The translations under genes were made by a program, and so were the position numbers. The notes under the pieces were generated by a model that did no database searches, was not told the DNA's origin, and saw nothing but the letters and a program-made list of their open reading frames with translations. From Marinilabiliales bacterium (lineage in GTDB: Bacteria > Bacteroidota > Bacteroidia > Bacteroidales > BM520): DNA of 44,060 nucleotides. The stretch is taken from assembly GCA_002869405.1 (NCBI GenBank), contig PKSY01000311.1, forward strand, positions 1 through 44,060, in the 5' to 3' direction. Each line of letters opens with the position of its first letter. Positions within the stretch are counted from its first letter, which is position 1. This document shows, piece by piece, positions 1 through 8,607 of this stretch.

Positions 1-2
1 CT

Positions 3-677
3 TCATTTATTCCCGATGCCGGTGATTACAGTTACCTGCGAAAAGGGCTGTTCATTATCGTGGCTGCTCCTGCGGGACCCTCAATAATCGCTTTTACGGC
101 ATTATTAAAAGGAAACCTTGATTACAGTGTAAATGGAGTCTTTGGAATTACTGTTGCATCACTGTTCCTAACGCCGTTGTTGCTGTTTCTGCTTCTTGAT
201 GGCTCTGAAATCTCTCCATTGTTGCTGATGCCGATGCTCCTTAAACTGATTGTGCTACCTCTTGTTATCAGCAGACTCTTGCGACATAAAAAAATTCTGC
301 CGGTTGTAAAGAAGGCTCAGCCAACAATTGTAAAGTGGGGTTTCTTTCTGGTTATTGTCCCAACCGTAGGCTTAAGCAGGGATGTGATTTTCGCTGAACC
401 TCAATTAGTTTTAATTACAGCAGGCGTATTTCTTGCTTCAATATACGGTTTAGGGTTCCTCTATTATCTCATTGCACGAAAAAAAGAGAATCCCCGGAAT
501 ATTATCTCAGGGATTCTCATCACTGTTGTAAAATCTTCGGCTTTTTCAGCTGTGGTGGCTTTTTCCTTTTTTGAGGAATCGGTAGTTGCACTCCCCAGTG
601 CAGTACTATCGATCTTTGTTACCTCTTTTTACATCACCTTCAGCCTTTTTGCCGGAAAATTTCTCAAATCTGAATAG
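3..677 (+). CDS. Polytopic membrane transporter, probably bile acid:sodium symporter (BASS) family; 5'-truncated by the window edge
   Basis: The frame is open from position 3 (SFIPDAGDYSYLRKGLFIIVAAPAGP...). About 7 hydrophobic segments, with an 'AAPAG' motif resembling BASS-family P-x-G. Confidence 0.55.
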   Translation, partial: SFIPDAGDYSYLRKGLFIIVAAPAGPSIIAFTALLKGNLDYSVNGVFGITVASLFLTPLLLFLLLDGSEISPLLLMPMLLKLIVLPLVISRLLRHKKILPVVKKAQPTIVKWGFFLVIVPTVGLSRDVIFAEPQLVLITAGVFLASIYGLGFLYYLIARKKENPRNIISGILITVVKSSAFSAVVAFSFFEESVVALPSAVLSIFVTSFYITFSLFAGKFLKSE

Positions 678-704
678 TTGGTTAATAAGTCTGCCGTGAA
701 GATA

Positions 705-830
705 CTAATTCTTTTCTTCAGTGTGACAGTCAAATCTCTTTTCCCAGTATTTTATTACTTGCCATGATATAATCCATGCGGCGATAATCAGGGCCGGCCA
801 ACTGAGAAGGTATATTACTTGTGCTAACAT
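705..830 (-). CDS. Small 41-aa single-TM protein, candidate cytochrome bd accessory subunit (not in ORF track)
   Basis: Hand translation: MLAQVIYLLSWPALIIAAWIISWQVIKYWEKRFDCHTEEKN*. The ATG lies 8 nt after the cydB stop (TAA-GGAGCATT-ATG). One hydrophobic helix followed by a charged tail. Confidence 0.7.
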   Translation of the reverse strand: MLAQVIYLLSWPALIIAAWIISWQVIKYWEKRFDCHTEEKN

Positions 831-838
831 AATGCTCC

Positions 839-1972
839 TTAATAAATGTGAATATCTTCATTTAATTCATCCTTATCAATACGTTTCTTTCCCATGCTTC
901 GCCATACATAATAAATATATGCTACAACAAACGGCACCAGAAGTGAAACATAGCTCATAACTGTAAGTGTATATTTACTTGATGAACTGTTTTCAATGGT
1001 AAGGCTGCTCTGCAGATCGAAGTTTGACGGGTAGAAAGAGGTGTTGTTTAATCCTGCAACCAAAAATAGTGCAAGAACTGTAAACACCGTACCTCCTGCC
1101 GTTGCCCAGAATGAGTATCTGTTATTATCCATCATACCCCAAACGATACCTCCTAGTACAGCCACAACTCCAATGAGAAATAAGGCAGCCACAATCGGCA
1201 TTGCAAGGAAATTATGCAGATACTTAAACGATTCCATTGATACTACACCTGTTTCAGAATCATAAGCATAACCCGGCTGGATAAGCAGAGTGATAGCGAA
1301 ATAGAGGAAGAAAATCAGAAAGGGTAATGCATTTGCAAAGATCGATTTTCTGCTTCTGTCTACAATCATGCAATCATCGATAGAGTTGATAAAGAACTGC
1401 AGGCCAAGTATTCTGGCAAGGAAAAATACAGCAAGCCCCAAAGCAACATTCCGGAAATTCAGCACTGCTTCAAGACCAAAAGCAGGATGTTCCCATTGTG
1501 AGAAATTCGTTACCGTGTCAACGCTGAAGTTAGAGCCTGTAAAGAAAGTTCCTACGGCGGTTCCAATAAGTATTGTGCCCAGCAAACCATTGGCAAAAAG
1601 AAATGCTTCATAGGTCTTCGCACCAAAGAAGTTCTTTGGCTTACTGCGGAACTCATATGCTACTGCCTGAATGATAAAGCTGAAAAGAATGGCCATCCAG
1701 ACCCAGTAGGCGCCACCGAAGCTGGTACTGTAGAATAGCGGGAAGGATGCAAAAAATGCGCCTCCAAAAGTTACCAGTGTGGTAAATGTTAACTCCCATT
1801 TTCTACCGAGTGTATTCACCATCAATGATTTTTCCTCATCACTTTTTGCGAAATTGAAAAGGAAGGTCTGACCACCCTGGACAAACATCAGAAATACCAG
1901 CAGAGCTGCTAACAGCGAGACTATAAACCACCAGTATTGTTGTAGTGCGAGTAAGCTTAAATTTTCAAACAT
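839..1972 (-). CDS. cydB: Cytochrome bd ubiquinol oxidase subunit II
   Basis: 'GRKWELTFTTLVTFGGAFFASFP' motif, multi-TM, C-terminal 'SLTIENSSSSKYTL'; 1 nt downstream of cydA. Confidence 0.95.
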   Translation of the reverse strand: MFENLSLLALQQYWWFIVSLLAALLVFLMFVQGGQTFLFNFAKSDEEKSLMVNTLGRKWELTFTTLVTFGGAFFASFPLFYSTSFGGAYWVWMAILFSFIIQAVAYEFRSKPKNFFGAKTYEAFLFANGLLGTILIGTAVGTFFTGSNFSVDTVTNFSQWEHPAFGLEAVLNFRNVALGLAVFFLARILGLQFFINSIDDCMIVDRSRKSIFANALPFLIFFLYFAITLLIQPGYAYDSETGVVSMESFKYLHNFLAMPIVAALFLIGVVAVLGGIVWGMMDNNRYSFWATAGGTVFTVLALFLVAGLNNTSFYPSNFDLQSSLTIENSSSSKYTLTVMSYVSLLVPFVVAYIYYVWRSMGKKRIDKDELNEDIHIY

Positions 1973-1973
1973 A

Positions 1974-3518
1974 TTATTCTCCTCCCTCTTTTGGTCCTAA
2001 TTTTATTTGCTTTAGCATGATGCCGATTTCCGCAACCAGTAATCCGGTAAATATGAGTGCGAAGAGTACAAAAGTGAGTTTAACTGCACCGGCATTAATT
2101 CTTGAAACAGCAACCATTGTAGGCATTACATCCTGAATTACCCACGGCTGTCGACCCATTTCAGCAACAGTCCATCCCATTTGTCCTGCAAGAAATGCCA
2201 GGGGTATCATAACAATTCCTGCAATAAGCAGCCATCGTTTGCGTGCAATTCTGTTGGTGAGGGTCATAATCAGTGATGCAACAAAAAATGCAACCAGAAT
2301 AAAGCCGATGCCAACCATAATATGGAAGCTATAAAATGTTACCGGTACATTGGGGATAAGTGCATTTACGTCATCATCGAAATATCCGTATCCAAAATAT
2401 TCGAAGTTAGCATCAAATACCTGACGTGCTTCTTCGGCCGCAGCAACATCACCGGCATCTTTATGTGCCTTGTAATCCGAGAGTGCTGCAATAGCCAGCT
2501 TTCCTTTCTCAATCTTTTCGGATACCGGAGGAATTCCCTGCCCGGGATTCCCATCAATAAGGTCTTTTACTCCCGGCACAAAAGCATCAAAATCGCGGTA
2601 AGCCAGATAGGAGAGAAGCCCCGGGAACTGTATCTTCATTACATGCTCCTTATCTCCTCTGTTTTCCGGGTTGTCCGCCTTTTTCAGAAAGCTGAAAACT
2701 ACCAGATCTGCTCTTTCACTTCCTTCATAGAGGCCTTCCATAGCTGCAAGTTTCATTGGCTGGTGCTGTGCTACCTGATAGGCAGATCCATCGCCGGTAC
2801 CTACTGTGGCCAGTGCGCCCAGCAATCCAAAGACTGAAGCAATAAGAATACTCTTTTTAGCCATCAGTACATGCCGTTTTTTTATTAAGAACCAGCTGCT
2901 GACACCAATAACAAATGCTGCAGCATACACATACGATGAAAATATGGTATGCAGGAATTTATTAATGGCCACAGGATTGAGGAATACTTCCCAGAAGTTC
3001 AACATCTCGTTTCGGGCAGTATCCAGGTTAAAAGCCATCCCTGCAGGGTTCTGCATCCATCCGTTTGCAACAAGAATCCAGAGCGCCGACAGGTTGGAGC
3101 CGATGGCTACCAGCCAGGTTGAGGTAAGGTGAAATTTCTTACTTACCCTGTTCCAGCCAAAGAACATCACTGCAATAAATACAGTCTCCATAAAAAAGGC
3201 CATAATACCCTCTATGGCAAGGGGAGCTCCGAATATGTCTCCCACAAACCAGGAATAGTTCGACCAGTTAGTGCCAAATTCAAACTCCAGAATAATGCCT
3301 GTAGAAACGCCGATGGCAAAGTTTACGCCAAAGAGCGTCATCCAGAATTTTGTTGCTTTCTTCCATTCAGGGTTCCCGGTTTTCACATAGATAGTTTCCA
3401 TGATTGCCATAATCCAGGTGATACCCAGCGTTAATGGAACAAAGAGCCAGTGGTAATAAGCCGTAAGCGCAAACTGCGCCCGTGACCAATCCACCAGTGA
3501 AAAGTCAATGTTTTCCAT
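1974..3518 (-). CDS. cydA: Cytochrome bd ubiquinol oxidase subunit I (long Q-loop)
   Basis: RAQFALTAYYHWLFVP (His ligand), FEFGTNWS, FLHT, QPMKLAAMEG (Q-loop), FHIMVG (Met ligand), EMGRQPW. Confidence 0.97.
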   Translation of the reverse strand: MENIDFSLVDWSRAQFALTAYYHWLFVPLTLGITWIMAIMETIYVKTGNPEWKKATKFWMTLFGVNFAIGVSTGIILEFEFGTNWSNYSWFVGDIFGAPLAIEGIMAFFMETVFIAVMFFGWNRVSKKFHLTSTWLVAIGSNLSALWILVANGWMQNPAGMAFNLDTARNEMLNFWEVFLNPVAINKFLHTIFSSYVYAAAFVIGVSSWFLIKKRHVLMAKKSILIASVFGLLGALATVGTGDGSAYQVAQHQPMKLAAMEGLYEGSERADLVVFSFLKKADNPENRGDKEHVMKIQFPGLLSYLAYRDFDAFVPGVKDLIDGNPGQGIPPVSEKIEKGKLAIAALSDYKAHKDAGDVAAAEEARQVFDANFEYFGYGYFDDDVNALIPNVPVTFYSFHIMVGIGFILVAFFVASLIMTLTNRIARKRWLLIAGIVMIPLAFLAGQMGWTVAEMGRQPWVIQDVMPTMVAVSRINAGAVKLTFVLFALIFTGLLVAEIGIMLKQIKLGPKEGGE

Positions 3519-3523
3519 ATTTC

Positions 3524-3760
3524 CTATTCTTGTGTTGTTAGTTGTTCAAGCACGTAGTCACTTCGCTCCTCATCAGTTGAAAAATTGCTGTTCAAAAAAT
3601 TTGGAAAGAAGATAAGCTTTAAAATTAGGAAAAATATCGCCAGCTTTATAATTATAATGGCCCATAATTTTTTTCCTACAGTCATATTTTTGAATCCGTC
3701 GTAATAGAAACTGAATATCCGTTGAAAGATATTTCCTCTTTTCTCGCGGGTAGATTCCAT
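3524..3760 (-). CDS. DUF4492-like small membrane protein, first gene of the cyd operon
   Basis: 'FYYDGFKNMTVGKKLWAIIIIKLAIFFLILKLIFFPNFL' and position 5 nt upstream of cydA, typical of DUF4492. Confidence 0.85.
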   Translation of the reverse strand: MESTREKRGNIFQRIFSFYYDGFKNMTVGKKLWAIIIIKLAIFFLILKLIFFPNFLNSNFSTDEERSDYVLEQLTTQE

Positions 3761-3892
3761 GTCAGGTTTTCTTCAGTGATTTTTCCGTTGTTTGTGTATC
3801 AACAACAGTTTTTAATTATTTGTTTTTGCGAAAAGCAATTTAGAATAAATCTCATTTAGCTTGAAAATAGATGTTTTCCCTATGAGTATTCC

Positions 3893-3900
3893 CAAAGGTA
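3893..3900 (-). promoter_or_regulatory. Bacteroidota -7 promoter element (TACCTTTG), candidate for the cyd operon
   Basis: Matches TAnnTTTG on the minus strand, about 130 nt upstream of the DUF4492 start. Confidence 0.5.
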
Positions 3901-3934
3901 AATAACTGAAGCTGTATATCACATTGGAATTCAT

Positions 3935-3942
3935 TATCTTTG
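3935..3942 (+). promoter_or_regulatory. Bacteroidota -7 promoter element (TATCTTTG) for the recQ-like gene
   Basis: Exact TAnnTTTG, 17 nt before the ATG at 3960. Confidence 0.65.
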
Positions 3943-3959
3943 TATGGAAATCACTTTTT

Positions 3960-5882
3960 ATGGTGGATAATATTCATAGCATTCTTCAGCATTACTGGGG
4001 CTATCCTTCTTTTCGTCCCATGCAGGAGGATATTATTTTGTCGGTACTTGAAGGCCGCGATACTCTGGCGCTTTTACCTACAGGCGGGGGGAAATCTCTC
4101 TGTTTTCAGGTTCCCGGGCTGGCAATGAAAGGCATGACGTTGGTGATTTCTCCTCTGATAGCATTAATGAAAGACCAGGTAGAAAATCTGAAACGTCGCA
4201 ATATCTCCGCTGCAGCACTTTATTCCGGCATGAAATACCGGGAGATTGAAAGCGTAATCGATAATGCTGTCAACAATCAGATTAAGTTTCTCTATATCTC
4301 TCCTGAACGTCTTATGAGCGATAGAATAAGGCTGAACCTTGAAGCTATGAATATCTCACTGCTGGCTATAGATGAAGCTCATTGTATCTCTCAGTGGGGG
4401 TATGATTTTCGTCCTCCATACCTTGAAATCGCCAGGGCCCGTGATTTTCTTCCCGGAGTTCCCGTTATTGCGCTTACTGCAACTGCCACTCCTGATGTGG
4501 TGGATGATATTCAGGAGAAACTATCTTTCGCCCGGCAAAATGTTTTTAAAAAGAGTTTTGAAAGACCTAATCTTACCTATCTGGTATATCGCGAGGAAGA
4601 TAAATACAACAGGATGCTGAAAGTGTTTCGTGGCGTAAACGGAACAGGAATAGTCTATGTGCGTAACAGAAAAAAAACGCTTGAAATTGCAGAGTTTTTA
4701 TCGATGAATGGAATTTCTGCCACATTTTATCACGCAGGACTCTCTCCTCAGCAACGTGATAAGCGTCAGGCTGACTGGATTAAAAATGAAACCAGAGTGA
4801 TAGTCTCAACCAATGCTTTTGGTATGGGTATCGATAAACCTGATGTGAGAGCTGTGGTTCACCTTGATATTCCTGATAACCTGGAGGCCTATTTCCAGGA
4901 AGCAGGAAGGGCAGGCCGGGATCTAAAACGATCTTACGCAGTGCTACTGTTTGATGATCAGGATCTGGAAAATCTGAACCGTAATTTCCACTCCTCTTTT
5001 CCTGAAATTAAGATGATAAAGAATGTTTACAGGGAGTTGATGAACTACTACCAAATCCCTCCGGGAAAAGGAGAAAATACGGCGTTTGATTTTGATCTGA
5101 ATGCTTTCTCCACAGAGAAAAACATGAACCCTGCGATTGTTTTTAATGCCCTGAAACTTCTTGAAAAAGAGAGTTATCTGCATCTTAATGAAGCAATGGT
5201 ATCGCCTTCACGCATAAAGTTTATTGTCTCTAAAGAAGATTTGTATTCTTTTCAGGTTGAAAATATGAAATATGATGGGTTTGTAAAATTACTTTTACGC
5301 TCTTATTCAGGCGTTTTTTCATCTTATGTGGTGATAAACGACAGCGCTCTTGCGCGAAAAGCCTCTCTGAAGGAGTCGCATGTGGTTTTCGGGCTAAAAA
5401 AGCTTCACGAATTCGGAATAATTGAATATAACCCTGCTCCAGAAAAGCCACAGATTGTATTTATTCAGCCTCACATCCCATCAAAGGATCTCCATTTTAG
5501 CAAAAAGAATTATAAATTCCGCAAGGAGTCAGCATCACAAAGGCTTGAAGCTATTAAAGAGTATGTTAGCAGTGTGGAGAAATGTCGTAGCCAGATGTTG
5601 CTGAATTATTTCGGTGAAAAAGACGGGTTAGAATGTGGTATTTGTGATTACTGCCGCAAGGAGAAGGGAAAGCTCAGCAATGTTCTTTATGAGGCAATCG
5701 CCCGCAGGATTAAAAAATTATTATTGCAACATCCTTATTCTATTGAAGAACTCGCGCGCGAGGCAAACGGTATTAATCCCGACCAGCTAATTGTTGTGGT
5801 GCAGTATCTTCTTGATAAGCGTTGGATTGAGATGGATCACAGAATGAGGTACCGCTGGATAAAACAAAAGGCTGTGTACTAA
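3960..5882 (+). CDS. recQ: RecQ-family ATP-dependent DNA helicase
   Basis: PTGGGKS, DEAHCISQWGYDFRP, YFQEAGRAGRD and Zn-binding CR...CGICDYC. Start moved to ATG 3960, downstream of the promoter motif. No obvious HRDC domain. Confidence 0.93.
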   Translation: MVDNIHSILQHYWGYPSFRPMQEDIILSVLEGRDTLALLPTGGGKSLCFQVPGLAMKGMTLVISPLIALMKDQVENLKRRNISAAALYSGMKYREIESVIDNAVNNQIKFLYISPERLMSDRIRLNLEAMNISLLAIDEAHCISQWGYDFRPPYLEIARARDFLPGVPVIALTATATPDVVDDIQEKLSFARQNVFKKSFERPNLTYLVYREEDKYNRMLKVFRGVNGTGIVYVRNRKKTLEIAEFLSMNGISATFYHAGLSPQQRDKRQADWIKNETRVIVSTNAFGMGIDKPDVRAVVHLDIPDNLEAYFQEAGRAGRDLKRSYAVLLFDDQDLENLNRNFHSSFPEIKMIKNVYRELMNYYQIPPGKGENTAFDFDLNAFSTEKNMNPAIVFNALKLLEKESYLHLNEAMVSPSRIKFIVSKEDLYSFQVENMKYDGFVKLLLRSYSGVFSSYVVINDSALARKASLKESHVVFGLKKLHEFGIIEYNPAPEKPQIVFIQPHIPSKDLHFSKKNYKFRKESASQRLEAIKEYVSSVEKCRSQMLLNYFGEKDGLECGICDYCRKEKGKLSNVLYEAIARRIKKLLLQHPYSIEELAREANGINPDQLIVVVQYLLDKRWIEMDHRMRYRWIKQKAVY

Positions 5883-5920
5883 AATATTACACAGCCTGAA
5901 TGATAAAATATCTGAATAAT

Positions 5921-6193
5921 CTATTGTACCGAGTCTGCAAGATCTTTTCCGGGCTTAAACTTTGCAATTTTTCTTGCGCTTATGGCTATTTCCTGGCCTG
6001 TGCGAGGGTTTCTTCCTTTACGTGCTGCTCTTGCATCCACATAAAAAGTACCGAAACCGGTGAGTTGAATACGGTCTCCGCTTACTAAAGTTTCCTTGAC
6101 ACCCTTCATAAATGCTTCAAGGGATTTTTGTGCATCAACTTTCGTCATGCCGGTTTCACCTGCCATAAATTCAATGAGTTGAGCTTTGTTCAT
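5921..6193 (-). CDS. hup: HU-family DNA-binding protein (paralog 1)
   Basis: MNKAQLI...GFGTF...RKGRNPRTG...KFKPGK, 90 aa. Confidence 0.95.
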   Translation of the reverse strand: MNKAQLIEFMAGETGMTKVDAQKSLEAFMKGVKETLVSGDRIQLTGFGTFYVDARAARKGRNPRTGQEIAISARKIAKFKPGKDLADSVQ

Positions 6194-6276
6194 GATCCTT
6201 TTTTTTAGTGGTTAGATGTTTTTACCCTGCAAGTATATCATTTTTTAATGCCAAATGCAACCTGCAAAATAATCTG

Positions 6277-7230
6277 CTACTGCATTTTCCAATCCGGGTC
6301 AATGGAAAAACCTCTTAAAAAATCACTAATATTCATCCTTTTTTTACCTGCCAGCTGAAGCGATTCAAGAGAAACAAATTTATCTCCGGTGGCAATATGA
6401 AGAAAACTTTTTCCGTCACTATCAATCACGCCGGGAGTTGGTGCCGATTTCTCTGTTCGCGTGATTTTGTAGACCTTTAATATATGAGATTCCTGATCAG
6501 GAGATATTAAGTGCGTGAATGCAGTGGGGTAGGGGCTTAATCCCCTGACAAAATTAATAACCTCTGTGGCTTTTTTCCTCCAGTCTATTTTAATGTCCTC
6601 CTTAGTGAATTTTGGTGCTGGATGCAGTGTTTGAGGATTCTCCATTGTGTTTTGATCAACCGGGTTGACATCTCCTGATTCGAGCGCACTAACAGTTTTC
6701 AGAACCAGCTCCGCTCCTTTGATCATAAGTATATCATGCAGATCTCCCACATTCATATCATCAGAAATTGCAACTTTCTCTCTGAACAGGATTTTGCCGG
6801 TGTCAATTTCATGATCAAGCAGGAAAGTTGTGACTCCTGTCTCTTTTTCACCATTGATGATTGCGTGATTCATTGGTGCTGCACCACGGTAATCGGGAAG
6901 CAGTGAGCTGTGCAGGTTAAAGGTCCCTTTTTTTGGTAGCTGCCACACCACTTCCGGAAGCATCCGAAAAGCGACAACCACAATAATATCAGGATTTAAT
7001 TTACGCAGTGCATCTATAAATTCCGGATCGCGGAGCTTTTCAGGTTGCAGTACCGGCAATTCATTTTCAACGGCAAACTCTTTAACAGGGCACGCTTTCA
7101 GTTTCCGTCCTCTGCCTGCCGGGCGGTCGGGAGGTGTTACTACTGCAAGTATTTCGTAACAGGCCTCCAGTAGGATTTTCAGTGATGGTACTGAAAACTC
7201 CGGGGTGCCCATGAAAACTATTCGTTGCAT
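6277..7230 (-). CDS. fmt: Methionyl-tRNA formyltransferase
   Basis: RIVFMGTPEFS, PDRPAGRG, NLHSSLLPDYRGAAP, DTG. Start set at MQRIVF (7230). Confidence 0.97.
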   Translation of the reverse strand: MQRIVFMGTPEFSVPSLKILLEACYEILAVVTPPDRPAGRGRKLKACPVKEFAVENELPVLQPEKLRDPEFIDALRKLNPDIIVVVAFRMLPEVVWQLPKKGTFNLHSSLLPDYRGAAPMNHAIINGEKETGVTTFLLDHEIDTGKILFREKVAISDDMNVGDLHDILMIKGAELVLKTVSALESGDVNPVDQNTMENPQTLHPAPKFTKEDIKIDWRKKATEVINFVRGLSPYPTAFTHLISPDQESHILKVYKITRTEKSAPTPGVIDSDGKSFLHIATGDKFVSLESLQLAGKKRMNISDFLRGFSIDPDWKMQ

Positions 7231-7261
7231 AAAAAAAACTTTTGGTGAAAGTACAAAAAAC

Positions 7262-7291
7262 AAAAAAACCGCTCTTAGAAAGAACGGTTTT
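7262..7291 (-). terminator. Intrinsic terminator downstream of the TPR gene
   Basis: Minus strand reads AAAACCGTTCT-ttcta-AGAGCGGTTTT, running into a T-rich tract. Confidence 0.75.
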
Positions 7292-7313
7292 AAAATTCAA
7301 GACGTAATATTTT

Positions 7314-8000
7314 TTAGAGATTTCCTTTAGCTCTGGCGATGTATTTATCTGCTTCGCGGGCTAGCGAGCTCTTGGGAAAATCAATTTTTATCGATTCATA
7401 TAACTCTACAGCTCCGGCATAGTCGCCTGTTTCTTCACTTGCCATACCTGCTTTGAGCAGATGGAATGGCGTTGAGAAGTCATTCTGGTGCATGCTGGCT
7501 GCATTTTTATAGTGGTTTAATGCTTTCTTGGCGTCTCCGCTTTCCATGTATGCATCACCGATAGCAGCTTCTGCCATCGCAGAAACCATCATATCCTTAC
7601 TGTTGAACTTCTTCAGATAGTCGATGGCATTGTCATATTCACCACGGTGCAGAAAACAGATTCCTGCATAGTAATGAGCAAGGTTTGCTGACTTTGTGAT
7701 TCCATATTCATCGATAATATCGAGGAACCCGAGATAGTTTCCGCCATCGCCGTAAAGTGCGAGGTTGAATGAGTCCTGCTCAAAATATTTTTCTGCCATA
7801 AACATTTGTTCCTGAGCTTCATTGCTTTTTGGAAGCAGGAAGTAACGCTGATATCCGAGATATGCAAGAATTAAAACGACAACAGCACCAATAACAATGG
7901 TGATAAGGCGTTGATTCTTTTCAATAAACTGTTCCGACTTACTTAGCGCATCTTCAACGGCCATCAGGTTGTCATCTCTGTGATCATGCTTTTTTGCCAT
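7314..8000 (-). CDS. Membrane-anchored tetratricopeptide repeat protein (YfgM-like)
   Basis: N-terminal TM helix, then TPR-like helices (AHYYAGIC...YDNAIDYL; AIGDAYMESGDAKKALNHYKNA). Confidence 0.85.
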   Translation of the reverse strand: MAKKHDHRDDNLMAVEDALSKSEQFIEKNQRLITIVIGAVVVLILAYLGYQRYFLLPKSNEAQEQMFMAEKYFEQDSFNLALYGDGGNYLGFLDIIDEYGITKSANLAHYYAGICFLHRGEYDNAIDYLKKFNSKDMMVSAMAEAAIGDAYMESGDAKKALNHYKNAASMHQNDFSTPFHLLKAGMASEETGDYAGAVELYESIKIDFPKSSLAREADKYIARAKGNL

Positions 8001-8019
8001 AATTCTCTTAAAATTTTTG

Positions 8020-8027
8020 CAAAATTA
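8020..8027 (-). promoter_or_regulatory. -7 promoter element (TAATTTTG) for the TPR gene
   Basis: TAnnTTTG on the minus strand, 19 nt upstream of the ATG. Confidence 0.6.
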
Positions 8028-8287
8028 ATTGTTTTTTCGAGATAGCAAACAATACCAATAGGTTTTTTCATCCTGTTGAAAAGTTTTATTTCTGACAGGA
8101 AATTGGTCTTGTGTTCCTTTATCCATGCATATCTATGCATATTTCGCCCTGTTTTTGGTGTGATTATTAACAAAGGCACGATTTTATTAACAATTTTTCG
8201 TCAAAATCTCTGAAACCCCTTGATTTTAGAGATTTTTAGACTATATTTACAAAAATTTAACTGTTTATCAACCAAAATCTTGTTATT

Positions 8288-8548
8288 ATGAACAAAGCTG
8301 AACTCATTGATGCCATTGCCCAGGATGCTAACCTGACGAAAGCCGATGCCGGTAAAGCCCTCGACGCTTTTATTAACAATGTAAAAGGTGCAATTAAGAA
8401 AGAAGAAAGAGTTGCCCTCGTTGGATTCGGTTCATGGACTGTTTCCGAACGTGCTGAGAGAACCGGCAGAAACCCTCAAACAGGTAAAACAATCACTATC
8501 CCTGCTAAAAAGGTAGTGAAATTCCGTCCTGGCGCTGAACTTAAGTAG
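8288..8548 (+). CDS. hup: HU-family DNA-binding protein (paralog 2)
   Basis: [11 protein letters not shown]...LVGFGSW...[25 protein letters not shown], 86 aa. Confidence 0.96.
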   Translation: MNKAELIDAIAQDANLTKADAGKALDAFINNVKGAIKKEERVALVGFGSWTVSERAERTGRNPQTGKTITIPAKKVVKFRPGAELK

Positions 8549-8566
8549 TTCCGGCCTTAAAGATTT

Positions 8567-8594
8567 AAAGCCCCGTATTTTCGGGGCTTTTTTT
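8567..8594 (+). terminator. Intrinsic terminator after HU paralog 2
   Basis: AAAGCCCCG-tatttt-CGGGGCTTT followed by TTTT. Confidence 0.85.
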
Positions 8595-8607
8595 ATCTTC
8601 TCCAGTT

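Noticed and set aside
3788-3802. FNR-like box upstream of cyd (TTGTT-N5-ATCAA)
   Set aside because: The spacer is 5 rather than 4 nt and one half-site mismatches.
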